Origin: an uncultured Gammaproteobacteria bacterium
Lineage (GTDB): Bacteria > Patescibacteriota > Patescibacteriia > S139-126
Length of the DNA: 64,000 bases
Direction: 5' to 3'
Assembly (NCBI GenBank): GCA_964620905.1
Contig: CAZUKA010000002.1
Span: 191,112-255,111 of the forward strand
How positions within the stretch are numbered: the first letter of the stretch is position 1; each line of letters opens with the position of its first letter. Below, piece by piece: positions 20,361 to 30,898 of the stretch. The notes below the pieces were generated by a model that was given only the letters and a program-made list of their open reading frames with translations, had not been told where the DNA came from and searched no databases. The position numbers and the translations under genes are program-made.

Positions 20361-20508
20361 TAAATCCTAAATAATAAATTCTAAATACTAAACAAATTCA
20401 AAATCACAAATTCAAATTTTCAAAAAGATGTTATTAATTTTAGTTTTAGATTTTAATATTTGAATTTAGATATTGTTTAGGATTTAGTGCTTTGGATTTA
20501 GAGTTTAT
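20361..20508. repeat. AT-rich palindromic (MITE-like) element, copy 1
   Basis: Shares exact 26-nt and 25-nt blocks with 53011-53140; arms are imperfect inverted repeats. Confidence 0.7.
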
Positions 20509-20627
20509 TAATTTAATATATTATTTTATATAATTTAAAATTAAAAACTCCCCAAGTATAATTCAAGGGAGTTTTGTATTTTTATATTTAAGACTCTAGA
20601 TTCTAAATTCTATATTCTATATTCTAC

Positions 20628-21395
20628 CTAATGTCCATGCGGGGCCAGAGAGGTGGCTAAATAAATTATGAGTACTCCCAAAATTAACCAGACTGATTGC
20701 CAGGCAATATATTTTTTATTGGTCTCATGATGTAACTCTGGCATAATGTCAGCCATAGCTAAATACAAAAATCCACCTCCGGCAATGGCTAGTAAATAGG
20801 GAATAGCTTCTTCTACGGTTACAGCAAAAAAATAAGTGGCTAGACCACCGGCTATCGCCGTTACTCCAGAAAAAAAATTCCACCATAAGGCTTTGATTTT
20901 ACTAAATCCCGAATAAATGAGTATACCAAAATCAGCTATCTCTTGAGGTATTTCATGCATAACAATTACAAGAGCGCTGATTATTCCCAAAGTCGGGTCA
21001 ATCAAAAAACTAGTAGCAATTAATGCGCCATCAACAAAATTGTGGATACCATCACCGATTAAATTGATATAGCCTACGGATTTATTACCGTGGGTATGAT
21101 GAAAACCATGACAATGACAATGGTGCCAGTGTAAGTATTTTTCAATTATAAAAAATACTAAAATGGCTAATAAGATAACTGTTGAAATTAAACTCGGGGA
21201 GATTTTATGTTCATGCTGATCAAATAATTCTGGGAAAATACCGAAAAATACCGCCCCCAAGAGCGCTCCAGCCGCTAGGCTGATAGTAACGCGGGTAAAC
21301 ATTTGGTGTTTAATTTTTGACAAGAGTAACACACCAATAAATGAAATAGCACTAACTGCAAAAGTAGCTAAAATAATTTGTAGTAAGATAGGCAT
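20628..21395 (-). CDS. ZIP family zinc/metal transporter
   Basis: His-rich loop HWHHCHCH, GDGIHNFVDG, HEIPQEIADF. Confidence 0.93.
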   Translation of the reverse strand: MPILLQIILATFAVSAISFIGVLLLSKIKHQMFTRVTISLAAGALLGAVFFGIFPELFDQHEHKISPSLISTVILLAILVFFIIEKYLHWHHCHCHGFHHTHGNKSVGYINLIGDGIHNFVDGALIATSFLIDPTLGIISALVIVMHEIPQEIADFGILIYSGFSKIKALWWNFFSGVTAIAGGLATYFFAVTVEEAIPYLLAIAGGGFLYLAMADIMPELHHETNKKYIAWQSVWLILGVLIIYLATSLAPHGH

Positions 21396-21399
21396 AAAA

Positions 21400-21771
21400 T
21401 TAATGACAATTATTACACAAGCCAGTTAGAGTTAACTGGTGTGATATATTTTTAAAATTTCTTATTTGAAATTTATGAACACAAGGTAAACATTCAGTTC
21501 GACCACATTTTTCGCAAACTATGTGATGATGAGGTTTTTTATCCAAATAATAAAAAATTTCTTGATTAATTATTTCTTGATAAATAATTTTAAGATTAGT
21601 CAATAATTTTACGTTGCGGTAGATTGAAGCCAAATTAATATTGGATAGATATTGATGTATTTGAGAAGCTGATAGTGGATGTTTATGTTTAGTTAATAGA
21701 CCAATAATCCGTTGTCTAGGTGCGGTAATTTTGTAGCCAGCTTGTTTTAGTTTGATTTCAAAATTTATCAT
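21400..21771 (-). CDS. Fur family regulator (Zur-like)
   Basis: GYKITAPR, ASIYRN, HHHIVCEKCG, CNNC. Confidence 0.9.
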   Translation of the reverse strand: MINFEIKLKQAGYKITAPRQRIIGLLTKHKHPLSASQIHQYLSNINLASIYRNVKLLTNLKIIYQEIINQEIFYYLDKKPHHHIVCEKCGRTECLPCVHKFQIRNFKNISHQLTLTGLCNNCH

Positions 21772-21824
21772 ATTTATAATTGCAAATCATTTGCAATTAT
21801 AAATTATTCTATCTAAATTGTCAA
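21772..21824 (-). promoter_or_regulatory. Promoter plus perfect 33-bp palindromic Fur/Zur operator
   Basis: ATTTATAATTGCAAAT-C-ATTTGCAATTATAAAT (21772-21804) overlapping the -10 of minus-strand TTGACA-17-TATAAT. Confidence 0.8.
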
Positions 21825-21871
21825 ATGGTTATTAGTGGATAAGTTTTTGTTTTTTTGTTAAAATACTTTAT

Positions 21872-22984
21872 ATGCAGCATAATCTAGTTGGCAAAATATT
21901 TATTATTTTGTTTTTATTTTTTCTCCCCCTACAATTATTTGCCCAAGAGGTTTATTATCGTGCCGAGATTTTACAAATTTTAGCCCAAGAAGATTATCAG
22001 CGGGAAGATGGTTCTTCTGGTGTCAGACAGCATTTACTGCTACGGATAGAAAATTTAGACCTGGCAGGCAAAGAGATTGAAGTAAATAACTTAGATGATT
22101 TTGATGTGCTATCACAAAGTGCCTATCAAGTAGGTGACAAAGTAATGATTGCTTATTATCCAGCAGAAACTGGCGAGGGATATTTTCAAATACAAGATTA
22201 TGTCCGGACGAAAAGTTTGTTTTGGCTGTCTTTGATTTTTGTTTTATTGATAATTGTAGTTGGCAGGTGGAAAGGTGTACGGGCACTAGTGGGATTGGCA
22301 CTAAGTTTTGTGGTGATAATGTATTTTGTAATTCCAAGAATTTTAGTCGGTCAATCGCCATTGCTGATAGGTATTGTTGGCTCGTTTGTGATTTTGTGTG
22401 TATTGATTTATTTGACCGAAGGCTGGAAAAAACTTTCTCATCTATCAATTTTGGCGATTTTTATTAGTCTAGCTATCACAGCTAGTTTAGCATTGATTTT
22501 TACCAACCTTGTCAATTTATTGGGTGGTGGCGGTGATGAAATTTTATTTTTGATTGGACTTGGGGAAAATACAATCAATTTTCAAGGCCTACTTTTAACT
22601 GGAATAATTATTGGTACTTTGGGGGTACTAGATGATGTTGTAGTCAGTCAGGTTAGTTTGGTTCAGGAAATAAAAAAAGCTAACCCTAATTTAAACAAAC
22701 AAGAAGTGTTTCAACGTGCTATGAAAGTAGGTGTTACTCATATTGGTGCTATGACCAATACATTGTTTTTAGCCTATGCTGGTGCTGCTTTACCACTACT
22801 TTTACTTTTTAGTGTACAAAGCCCGCCTTTTCTTAGTTTTTTTGATGTCATTAATAATGAATTAATTGCTACGGAAATAGTACGTACTTTGACTGGTTCA
22901 GTTGGACTAACGCTGGCAGCTCCCATTGCTACTACCGTAGCAGTTTTAGCTCTAGACGAAAGTCAGCAACAATCATCAATTTAG
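21872..22984 (+). CDS. YibE/F family membrane protein
   Basis: DYVR, GRWKGVRALVGL, IGTLGVLDDV, NTLFLAYAG, EIVRTLTGS. Confidence 0.85.
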   Translation: MQHNLVGKIFIILFLFFLPLQLFAQEVYYRAEILQILAQEDYQREDGSSGVRQHLLLRIENLDLAGKEIEVNNLDDFDVLSQSAYQVGDKVMIAYYPAETGEGYFQIQDYVRTKSLFWLSLIFVLLIIVVGRWKGVRALVGLALSFVVIMYFVIPRILVGQSPLLIGIVGSFVILCVLIYLTEGWKKLSHLSILAIFISLAITASLALIFTNLVNLLGGGGDEILFLIGLGENTINFQGLLLTGIIIGTLGVLDDVVVSQVSLVQEIKKANPNLNKQEVFQRAMKVGVTHIGAMTNTLFLAYAGAALPLLLLFSVQSPPFLSFFDVINNELIATEIVRTLTGSVGLTLAAPIATTVAVLALDESQQQSSI

Positions 22985-23007
22985 GATTTATTTGTTATAA
23001 TGTTTAT

Positions 23008-24315
23008 ATGAAGAAAAAAAACAATCACGTTCATGTGGTAGCCGTTGATATGGGTTATGGACATTTGCGGGCGGCTTACAATTTAAATGGTTTGATTGGC
23101 GGACAAGTTTATAGTGTCAATCGTTATCCTGGCATTCCCAAAACCGATCGGCAGATTTGGGAACAAAGCCGCAAATTTTATGAATTTGTTTCCAAATTTA
23201 AAAATGTTCCCCTAGTTGGTGATAAAGTATTTGCCTATTTTGATAAGTTTCAACAGATTGAAAATTTTTATCCGACTAGAGACATGACCAAGCCCAGTTT
23301 GCAACTTTCCCAAACTTTACAATTAATCCGTCGCAAACAATGGGGTAAACATTTTATTACCATGTTGAACAAAGATTCCCGGCCATTGGTATCAACTTTT
23401 TTCGCTACTGCTTATATGGCCGAAGAGTTTGGCTATCAAGATAATATTTATTTGGTGGTGTGTGATGCTGATATAAGTCGGGCTTGGGCAACTGATAAAG
23501 CCCATGTTAGTCGGATAAAATATTTTGTTCCAACCGAACGTGCACGAACACGTTTGAAAATGTATGGCGTCAGAGAAGAGAATATTTATTTGACTGGCTT
23601 TCCTTTACCTAAGGAAAATACTGGCTCGGAGAGATTGACAATTTTGAAGAAAGATTTAGGGATGAGGCTAGCAAACCTTGATCCCACAGGTAAATATATC
23701 AAAAGGTATGAACGGACTTTACACAAATATTTGGACGGACATTTACGTCGTAAAGCTATTAGACCATTGACTATTATGTTTGCGGTAGGTGGTGCTGGTG
23801 CCCAGCGCGAAATTGGTGTAGCTATAGTAAAGTCATTACGTCAGCAGTTGACGGCCGGTAAAGTAAAAATTATTTTGGTAGCCGGTATTCACAATAATGT
23901 CAGTCAATATTTTCGGCAAGAAATAATTGGTTTGGGTTTGAGAAATGAGATTAATCGTGGCATAGAAATTATTTACGCACCAAATAAACCGGCTTATTTT
24001 GCGGCTTTCAATCAAGCCCTACATCAAACGGATATTATCTGGACCAAACCATCGGAACTTTCTTTTTATACGGCGCTGGGACTCCCATTTATTTTAACCG
24101 AACCAATTGGCAGTCAAGAAATATGTAACCGGGGTTGGTTGGAAAATATCGGTTCTGGATTAAGACAAAAATCAGTAGAGCATACCGTTGAATGGTTGTT
24201 TGAGTTGATTGATTCTGGTTGGTTCGCGGAAGCGGCGGTTGAGGGTTTTTTGGAAGCACCCAATTTGGGTACCTATGAGATTGAAAAGATTATACAGAAG
24301 AATTATAAGCTCTAA
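23008..24315 (+). CDS. Glycosyltransferase-like protein (GT-B, MGDG synthase/MurG-like)
   Basis: DMGYGHLRAA, TGFPL, GGAGAQ, TKPSE, PIGSQE..N. Confidence 0.65.
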   Translation: MKKKNNHVHVVAVDMGYGHLRAAYNLNGLIGGQVYSVNRYPGIPKTDRQIWEQSRKFYEFVSKFKNVPLVGDKVFAYFDKFQQIENFYPTRDMTKPSLQLSQTLQLIRRKQWGKHFITMLNKDSRPLVSTFFATAYMAEEFGYQDNIYLVVCDADISRAWATDKAHVSRIKYFVPTERARTRLKMYGVREENIYLTGFPLPKENTGSERLTILKKDLGMRLANLDPTGKYIKRYERTLHKYLDGHLRRKAIRPLTIMFAVGGAGAQREIGVAIVKSLRQQLTAGKVKIILVAGIHNNVSQYFRQEIIGLGLRNEINRGIEIIYAPNKPAYFAAFNQALHQTDIIWTKPSELSFYTALGLPFILTEPIGSQEICNRGWLENIGSGLRQKSVEHTVEWLFELIDSGWFAEAAVEGFLEAPNLGTYEIEKIIQKNYKL

Positions 24316-24399
24316 ATTTCAAATTCAAAATTTCAAAAACAAACAAATACAAATTATAAATTAATTCTGAAGATTGAAAAAAATTTATTTTTCCAGCTA

Positions 24400-25056
24400 T
24401 TAGCTGGTTATTTTTTTGAAAACAATTTGTTCCAGACGCCAGACCAGTTGCACAATCAAGTTGATAACAATCAAACCAATGGCCAGTAAAGCCAGATTGA
24501 TTGCGGGCGGCCAGGTAATAAAGAAAAATAAGACTAGGGCCGGCCAAATATGGGACAAATCTTTTTTAGATGGACCAATCATTGCACCCATGTTGAGTGA
24601 TAGTAGGATGATCAGCCAGGTTTGCCAGTGAGTGATATTTAATTGCTGCCAAAAATTATCAAGCCAAGTTATAAAGTTATTACTATTTACTAGGCTGATA
24701 ATTTGAATATAATCGTCAAGTAAATAATGATTCATCAGCCATAAAGTTAGTAAGCCTCCGCCAATTGGTGCTAGAGATATTAAAATTTGACCAACCAAAG
24801 GAAGTCGGGATGGTTCGTGGACCACTTTTGGTTGACGGGAAAAGAAAGAAATTTTTTGAATACGCGCTCCAGTAGCCAGGCACATCAGAGCATGAGACAA
24901 CTCATGAATAACAGCACCTAGGTAATACAACCCAGTCATTAATGGTGAACGAAAATAACGGCTATTGAGCCAGTGGCTAAAATATCCCAGTCCGCTGATA
25001 CAGATTGTCAAAATTCCTAAATTTAACCAAGTCCAGTTTGTCAAAATATTTGTCAT
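24400..25056 (-). CDS. M50-like membrane metallopeptidase
   Basis: IHELSHAL zinc motif in hydrophobic context; ISLAP; PSKKD. Confidence 0.7.
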   Translation of the reverse strand: MTNILTNWTWLNLGILTICISGLGYFSHWLNSRYFRSPLMTGLYYLGAVIHELSHALMCLATGARIQKISFFSRQPKVVHEPSRLPLVGQILISLAPIGGGLLTLWLMNHYLLDDYIQIISLVNSNNFITWLDNFWQQLNITHWQTWLIILLSLNMGAMIGPSKKDLSHIWPALVLFFFITWPPAINLALLAIGLIVINLIVQLVWRLEQIVFKKITS

Positions 25057-25058
25057 AA

Positions 25059-25892
25059 TTAACGGAAATATTGCAAATTCACTTTGCCAAATTCATCTAT
25101 TTTTAGATAGCTACAGTGACCAGGTTCTATCCAGTCACCAGAGTTATAAAAAAATTTAGTGACTTTTTCCTTTGGTCGATTTTTGCTAGATAAGTATTGG
25201 GTAACATCCATTAGATTGATTGGTATTGGCAATGGTTTTTTTTGTTTTAGGGTCCATTCGAGAATTTTTGGTTCGTGAGTATGACCCAAAATTAGTCCGT
25301 GATATTTTCTTTTACGCAAAAAGCGTCGACAACGTCTCTCGAAAAGCATTGACCAGCTAGTATAGCGACGAAAAATACGGACAATGTTTTCAGTTAGTCC
25401 AATACCTAAAAAATTATCAAAAGCAATAGTGACTCGGTAGCCGATATCTGACCAAGCAGATGCTAGTTTGTGTTCGGCAATAAAAGTGTCAAACATGTGA
25501 CCGTGATTTACCAAGAAAGAAAAACCGTTGCGGTTTAATTGGTAAGCTGGCAGGATACGGATATTATTTAAGCCGATGGCACTGAAGGTTTCGTGTAAAA
25601 AATTTATTTGTTTGGGGTTGAGCGGGTCGTGATTGCCTAGAGTATAAATTATTTTTACTCCCCGTTGGTTGATAGCTACTAGTTTTTTTAAAATCTCATT
25701 ACTAGTAGTAATAATTTTTTCATAAGGTTGCCAGTTGAGATCAAAAATATCACCATTTAGTATTAACTTGTTGAATGGTTGGATTTGCAAAAGTTCATCC
25801 AAAAACAGATTTATTTTTTTTATTTGTGTGCCAGGAAACCCTAGATGCCAGTCAGATACGATCAGGGTATCGGTGGAGTTTAAATTTAACAT
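25059..25892 (-). CDS. Calcineurin-like metallophosphoesterase (LpxH-like)
   Basis: SDWHLG, NGDIFD, GNHD, HGH, GHTH, NSGDW. Confidence 0.85.
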   Translation of the reverse strand: MLNLNSTDTLIVSDWHLGFPGTQIKKINLFLDELLQIQPFNKLILNGDIFDLNWQPYEKIITTSNEILKKLVAINQRGVKIIYTLGNHDPLNPKQINFLHETFSAIGLNNIRILPAYQLNRNGFSFLVNHGHMFDTFIAEHKLASAWSDIGYRVTIAFDNFLGIGLTENIVRIFRRYTSWSMLFERRCRRFLRKRKYHGLILGHTHEPKILEWTLKQKKPLPIPINLMDVTQYLSSKNRPKEKVTKFFYNSGDWIEPGHCSYLKIDEFGKVNLQYFR

Positions 25893-26033
25893 AAGTATAT
25901 TTTAGCATCTTTTTTAATTTATTTTAATTTTGACTTTTTGTCTAAAAATAAGTAGAATTTAGATGCTAATTATAAATATTCAATTATAAATTGTAAATAA
26001 AAATTATTATTTATAATTTTTCTAATTAATTTT

Positions 26034-27350
26034 ATGAACATTTTTCTCAAAGATATAGCAAAATATAAAGATCAAGAGGTGACCATCAAGGGATGGGTTT
26101 TTAATTTGCGTTCTAGTGGTAAAATCGCATTTTTACAGCTGCGTGATGGTAGCGGATTTGTTCAAGCGATTGTGGAACTGTCCAATTTGAAAAAGATACA
26201 AGGTGAGAAAAAAGGCGAAGAGATTTGGGAGCAGGTAAAAAAAATTACTTTAGAAACCAGCATTATCATCACTGGTCAAGTGACAGCTCATCCCAAGCAA
26301 GCGGGAATTTTTGAATTGCAAGTTTGTGATTTGCAACTGGTACAAATTGCTAGTGAGTGGCCAATTGGGAAAAAAGAGCACGGCCCGGAATTTTTACTTG
26401 ATCAACGTCATTTGTGGCTACGCAGTCAGAAACAATGGGCGATTCAAAGAGTCAGAAATACAGTTATCAATGCCATTTATGAATATTTAAATAAGCAAGG
26501 TTTTATCAAGATTGATGCACCGATTCTGACCCCAACTTCTTGTGAAGGAACCACTACCTTGTTTGAGGTGCCATATTTTGATTTGGGCAGTGCTTATTTG
26601 TCACAATCCGGACAACTTTATATTGAAGCGGCAATTTTTTCTCACGGTCGAGTGTTTGATTTTGGACCTGTTTTTAGAGCGGAAAAATCAAAAACTAGAC
26701 GTCACCTGACTGAGTTTTGGATGATGGACGCGGAAGCTGCATTTGTGGAACATGAAGAAAATATGAAGATTCAGGAAGAACTGATTAGCTTTGTAGCTAC
26801 TAAGGTTTTGTCAGATAATTTAGTTGAGTTGCAAATTCTTGAGCGAGATATTGAACCGCTGAAAAAAATAAAGCCACCTTTTATACGTATAACCCATGCT
26901 GAAGCAGTAAAGAAATTACAAGGTTTGGGCAGTGATATTAAAGAAGGAGAAGATTTAGGGGGCGATGATGAAACATTACTCACCCAAGACAGTGCTGTAC
27001 CGGTATTTGTAGAAAAATGGCCAAAAAGTATTAAGGCTTTTTATATGAGGCGTGATATTAATAATCCCAACGTTGTTTTGGGCGCTGATTTAATAGCGCC
27101 TGAAGGATTTGGTGAAATTATTGGTGGCTCAGAACGTGAGACTGATCATGAAGTTTTGGTTGCTAGAATGAAAGAAGAAAATTTGCCGATTGAGCCATTT
27201 CAGTGGTATTTGGATTTACGCAAATTTGGTAGTGTGCCTCACTCTGGTTTTGGCATAGGTCTCGAAAGACTAGTTGGTTGGATGTGTGGCACTCATCATA
27301 TTAGAGAAACTATACCCTTTCCTAGGATGATTAACCGTTTAACTCCTTAA
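26034..27350 (+). CDS. asnS: Asparagine-tRNA ligase
   Basis: LRDGSG OB fold, YLSQSGQLY, FRAEKSKTRRHLTEFWM, GEIIGGSERE, GFGIGLERL. Confidence 0.95.
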   Translation: MNIFLKDIAKYKDQEVTIKGWVFNLRSSGKIAFLQLRDGSGFVQAIVELSNLKKIQGEKKGEEIWEQVKKITLETSIIITGQVTAHPKQAGIFELQVCDLQLVQIASEWPIGKKEHGPEFLLDQRHLWLRSQKQWAIQRVRNTVINAIYEYLNKQGFIKIDAPILTPTSCEGTTTLFEVPYFDLGSAYLSQSGQLYIEAAIFSHGRVFDFGPVFRAEKSKTRRHLTEFWMMDAEAAFVEHEENMKIQEELISFVATKVLSDNLVELQILERDIEPLKKIKPPFIRITHAEAVKKLQGLGSDIKEGEDLGGDDETLLTQDSAVPVFVEKWPKSIKAFYMRRDINNPNVVLGADLIAPEGFGEIIGGSERETDHEVLVARMKEENLPIEPFQWYLDLRKFGSVPHSGFGIGLERLVGWMCGTHHIRETIPFPRMINRLTP

Positions 27351-27373
27351 TTTTTAAAATTTAAAATCTATTC

Positions 27374-28315
27374 ATGTATTACTTGTTTTTAAGTTTAATT
27401 TTATTAGCGCTTTTTTATTTTCTGGGTAAATGTGCAGACGTAGTGGTGATTAATGCTAGAAAATTGGGTGAAGATTTAGATATTAAAGTATTTTTTTTAG
27501 GGATAATTTTAGGCCTTTTTACTACCTTACCTGAGTTATCTTTGGGTATTAATGCCTTTATCAATAATTTGCAAGAAATTTCATTGGGTAATTTGTTGGG
27601 CGGAGTGGTTGTTTTATTTACTTTAATTTTAGGTGGAAGTATAGTTATAAATCGAAAAATATCTACCCATGAAATTTTAAATGACATTGGCCCAATTTTA
27701 CTTTTTTTATTAGTACCCATAGTTTTAGGTTTAAAAGGAAGTTTAGGAATAATTGATGGCATAGTTATTCTTTTTGGTTATATAGTTTTGGTATTTTATT
27801 TATTCAAGAAAAACAACAATATAACCACTTTTGGAATTCATATAGTAAGTAAAAAAGAAACCATTAAGCGAGTAATTTATATTGTGATAGGTTTGGCTTT
27901 GGTAATGTTGTCATCAAATTTAATTATTAATGTTTCAGAAAAGTTATTAGCGCATTTTGTTCTACCAGGATTTTTAGTTGGACTTTTATTTTTTGCTATT
28001 GGTACCAATTTACCAGAAATTACTTTGGTATTTAGATCTTGGCGCAGAGGAGCAGAAGATTTATCAATGAGCAGTTTATTTGGTTCAGCTATGGCCAATG
28101 TGTTATTGGTAGGTATTTTTATATCGATGCGTCAAGTTATCATTCAAATTAATTTCACCTATATTGTTCTAGTGATAACCTATACGGTTTTATTTATTAT
28201 GCTGATAATTTTTGCTCGAACCGGTAAAGAATTTAAAAGAATTGAAGGTTTATCTTTGTTGGCTATATATATATTATTTATTTTAGCGCAGACTTTTTTG
28301 TTTGTAGTTGGTTGA
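27374..28315 (+). CDS. Sodium/calcium exchanger (CaCA/YrbG family)
   Basis: Two alpha repeats TTLPEL / GTNLPEI; many TM. Confidence 0.85.
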   Translation: MYYLFLSLILLALFYFLGKCADVVVINARKLGEDLDIKVFFLGIILGLFTTLPELSLGINAFINNLQEISLGNLLGGVVVLFTLILGGSIVINRKISTHEILNDIGPILLFLLVPIVLGLKGSLGIIDGIVILFGYIVLVFYLFKKNNNITTFGIHIVSKKETIKRVIYIVIGLALVMLSSNLIINVSEKLLAHFVLPGFLVGLLFFAIGTNLPEITLVFRSWRRGAEDLSMSSLFGSAMANVLLVGIFISMRQVIIQINFTYIVLVITYTVLFIMLIIFARTGKEFKRIEGLSLLAIYILFILAQTFLFVVG

Positions 28316-28316
28316 G

Positions 28317-29405
28317 ATGAAAAAAACTTTTTTATATATTTGCTTATCTTTTTTTATTGCCAGTTTAGTATCAATCTTGGCTTATTTGCTTTTCGCAGTT
28401 CTGGAGGGGAAAAGAATTAACTGGCCGCAGACAAAAAAGCAGCAGGTAATGACTAAAACAGTTGCTCAAAAAATACTGACAGGTGATTATTTTATTTTTA
28501 GTACGATCACTAAACAGGCAGACGCTTATCGGTTTAGTTTATGGCGTTATTTAGTAGGGACAGATAATTTAGATAATTTTTATAATTTTGATTTTTCAGA
28601 TTTATCAAGCCAACCTCAAGTGGAAAAATTTAGCTCCGAAAGCATTGCCATTCATTTTAAAGATAGTAATCTACTTTTGCATCTCAATGGCGAGATTATT
28701 GGTCCAGCTGAAAGTTTTTCCGCATTAATTTCACCCAATCGACTTTGGCTTGCTTATGTTGATCCCATTGATAGGAGTGATATATTTGTGCAAGATATTA
28801 GACAACAAGAACAAGTAGCTATTTTTGGTCAAACAGATTCACCAACCAATGATTTATCAGTATTACAGTGGAGTGAAGACGGACAGAGTATTTTTTTACA
28901 AAAAGAAAGTGTGTTATATCAGTTTTTTCCAGCCAATTTTAATTTACAAATGCTTTGTTCTTTGACTGAAATAAAAGCACAGCAGATTAAAATATACCCC
29001 CAGTTAAATATAGGTTTAGCAACCAGCGCAGTTGAGGACAATAGCCAACTTTATTTGTTTACTATAAATAGTAGTAATTGGCACCATATCTTAACCACTA
29101 CCAAAGCTAAAATTGATATGCCGGTATTGAGTCCAACTGGCGGGCAGATTGCCTATAATTTGATTTACCCTGATTTAACTTCACAAGTCTGGTTAGTTGA
29201 TATTTTACATCCCCAAGTAGCTACCAAACGTGAACTTGGTTTGGGCCGGTTGCTTGCCTGGCCGGAACCTGATAAATTGATTATAGCCAAGCAGAATAGT
29301 CTAAGTTTGGTGGAAACAACTGGAGTAAATGACCAAGTTTTACTTTGGTTAGAACCTAGCGATTTATTGTCATTATCATTTATTGATCAATTTAAAATAA
29401 AATAA
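28317..29405 (+). CDS. Membrane-anchored beta-propeller-like hypothetical protein
   Basis: N-terminal TM; TolB-like SPNR/WSEDG/SPTG motifs. Confidence 0.55.
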   Translation: MKKTFLYICLSFFIASLVSILAYLLFAVLEGKRINWPQTKKQQVMTKTVAQKILTGDYFIFSTITKQADAYRFSLWRYLVGTDNLDNFYNFDFSDLSSQPQVEKFSSESIAIHFKDSNLLLHLNGEIIGPAESFSALISPNRLWLAYVDPIDRSDIFVQDIRQQEQVAIFGQTDSPTNDLSVLQWSEDGQSIFLQKESVLYQFFPANFNLQMLCSLTEIKAQQIKIYPQLNIGLATSAVEDNSQLYLFTINSSNWHHILTTTKAKIDMPVLSPTGGQIAYNLIYPDLTSQVWLVDILHPQVATKRELGLGRLLAWPEPDKLIIAKQNSLSLVETTGVNDQVLLWLEPSDLLSLSFIDQFKIK

Positions 29406-29412
29406 TATTTGT

Positions 29413-30843
29413 ATGAAAATAAACAATATTAAAACCGTAGATAAGATAGGTGAGCTAGTGCAATTGTCAGGTTGGGTGCATGTTATTCGTAAAATGGGAA
29501 AAATTACCTTTATTGACTTACGGGATCGGAGTGGTTTAGTGCAGGTAGTGTTTGTGCCAGCGGAACTTGATGATCAGTCACAGGAGTTGGTAAAACATTT
29601 AAAACCGGAAAGTGTGGTTGGAGTTAGCGGTTTGGTTCAGGCGCGAGGACAAAAACAAATCAATCCCAATTTATCCACCGGTACCATTGAAGTATTAGCT
29701 AAAAAATTGGAATTTTTTTCTCATTCACTAACCCCGCCGTTTGAGATTGTCAATGAAGACAGACAAGCCAATGAAGAATTACGACTTAAATATCGCTATC
29801 TTGATTTACGTCACGAACGGATGCGTCGTAATTTAGAAATGAGATCAGCTATGATGCAGTTTACCCGTGATTATTTAATTAATCAGGGGTTTGTGGAAGT
29901 TCATACACCAATTTTATCAAAATCAACTCCAGAAGGAGCTCGCGATTATTTGGTGCCATCACGCAAATTTCCTGGCAGTTTTTTTGCTTTGCCTCAAGCA
30001 CCACAACAGTATAAACAGTTGTTGATGGTAGCTGGGATAGAAAAATATTTTCAGATCGCCCCTTGTTTTCGTGATGAAGATGCCAGGGCCGATCGTAGTC
30101 CAGGTGAGTTTTATCAGATTGATATGGAGATGAGTTTTATGGATCAAACGGAAATTTTACAGTTGGTAGAGGATATGTTCACCAGTATGATTGCCAAGTT
30201 GTGGCCTAACAAAAAAATGACTTTTTCCCCTTGGCCACGATTAGAATGGTCAGAGGTGATGGCAAAATATGGTACAGATAAGCCGGATTTACGACAGGAT
30301 AAAAATAATCCGGATGAATTGGCATTTTGTTATGTAGTTAATTTTCCTTTGTTTGAAAAACAGTCACCTAATCGTAATACCGAGGAATATTTTCACGGCT
30401 CTAGCGGTACTTGGGCACCATCCCATAATATGTTTACTCGTCCCAAAGACGAAGATTTGCCATTGTTGGATACTGATCCGGGAACAGTTAAGTCCTATCA
30501 GCACGACCTAGTTTTAAACGGTATTGAAGTTGGGGGCGGCGCTTTGCGAATCTATGATCCCCAAGTGCAAGAGAAAGTATTTGAGTTGATTGGTTTCGAT
30601 GAAGCACAAAAACAGCAGTTTAAACACATTTTGGAAGCTTTTACTTATGGTGTACCGCCCCACGGTGGTATGGCCCCAGGCTTTGATCGGTTATTGGCGA
30701 TTTTGCAAAATGAGAAATCAATTCGTGAAGTAATTGCATTTCCACTTACGGCTGATGCTCGTGATCCAATGATGGATTCACCCAGTCAGGTAACCAAAGA
30801 ACAGTTAGATGAACTGGGTATAGACATTAAAAAGAAGAAATAA
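29413..30843 (+). CDS. aspS: Aspartate-tRNA ligase (short form)
   Basis: FIDLRDRSG, RLKYRYLDLR, TPEGARDY, QIAPCFRDED, YGTDKPDLR, PPHGG, IREVIAFP. Confidence 0.95.
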   Translation: MKINNIKTVDKIGELVQLSGWVHVIRKMGKITFIDLRDRSGLVQVVFVPAELDDQSQELVKHLKPESVVGVSGLVQARGQKQINPNLSTGTIEVLAKKLEFFSHSLTPPFEIVNEDRQANEELRLKYRYLDLRHERMRRNLEMRSAMMQFTRDYLINQGFVEVHTPILSKSTPEGARDYLVPSRKFPGSFFALPQAPQQYKQLLMVAGIEKYFQIAPCFRDEDARADRSPGEFYQIDMEMSFMDQTEILQLVEDMFTSMIAKLWPNKKMTFSPWPRLEWSEVMAKYGTDKPDLRQDKNNPDELAFCYVVNFPLFEKQSPNRNTEEYFHGSSGTWAPSHNMFTRPKDEDLPLLDTDPGTVKSYQHDLVLNGIEVGGGALRIYDPQVQEKVFELIGFDEAQKQQFKHILEAFTYGVPPHGGMAPGFDRLLAILQNEKSIREVIAFPLTADARDPMMDSPSQVTKEQLDELGIDIKKKK

Positions 30844-30898
30844 TATCTCGTGGTTGTTTTGGATAAAAAAATACCGTCAGTAATGACGGTATTTGTAT

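Noticed and set aside
20361-20628. CRISPR array in the AT-rich repeats
   Set aside because: No constant repeat with unique regular spacers, and no cas genes.
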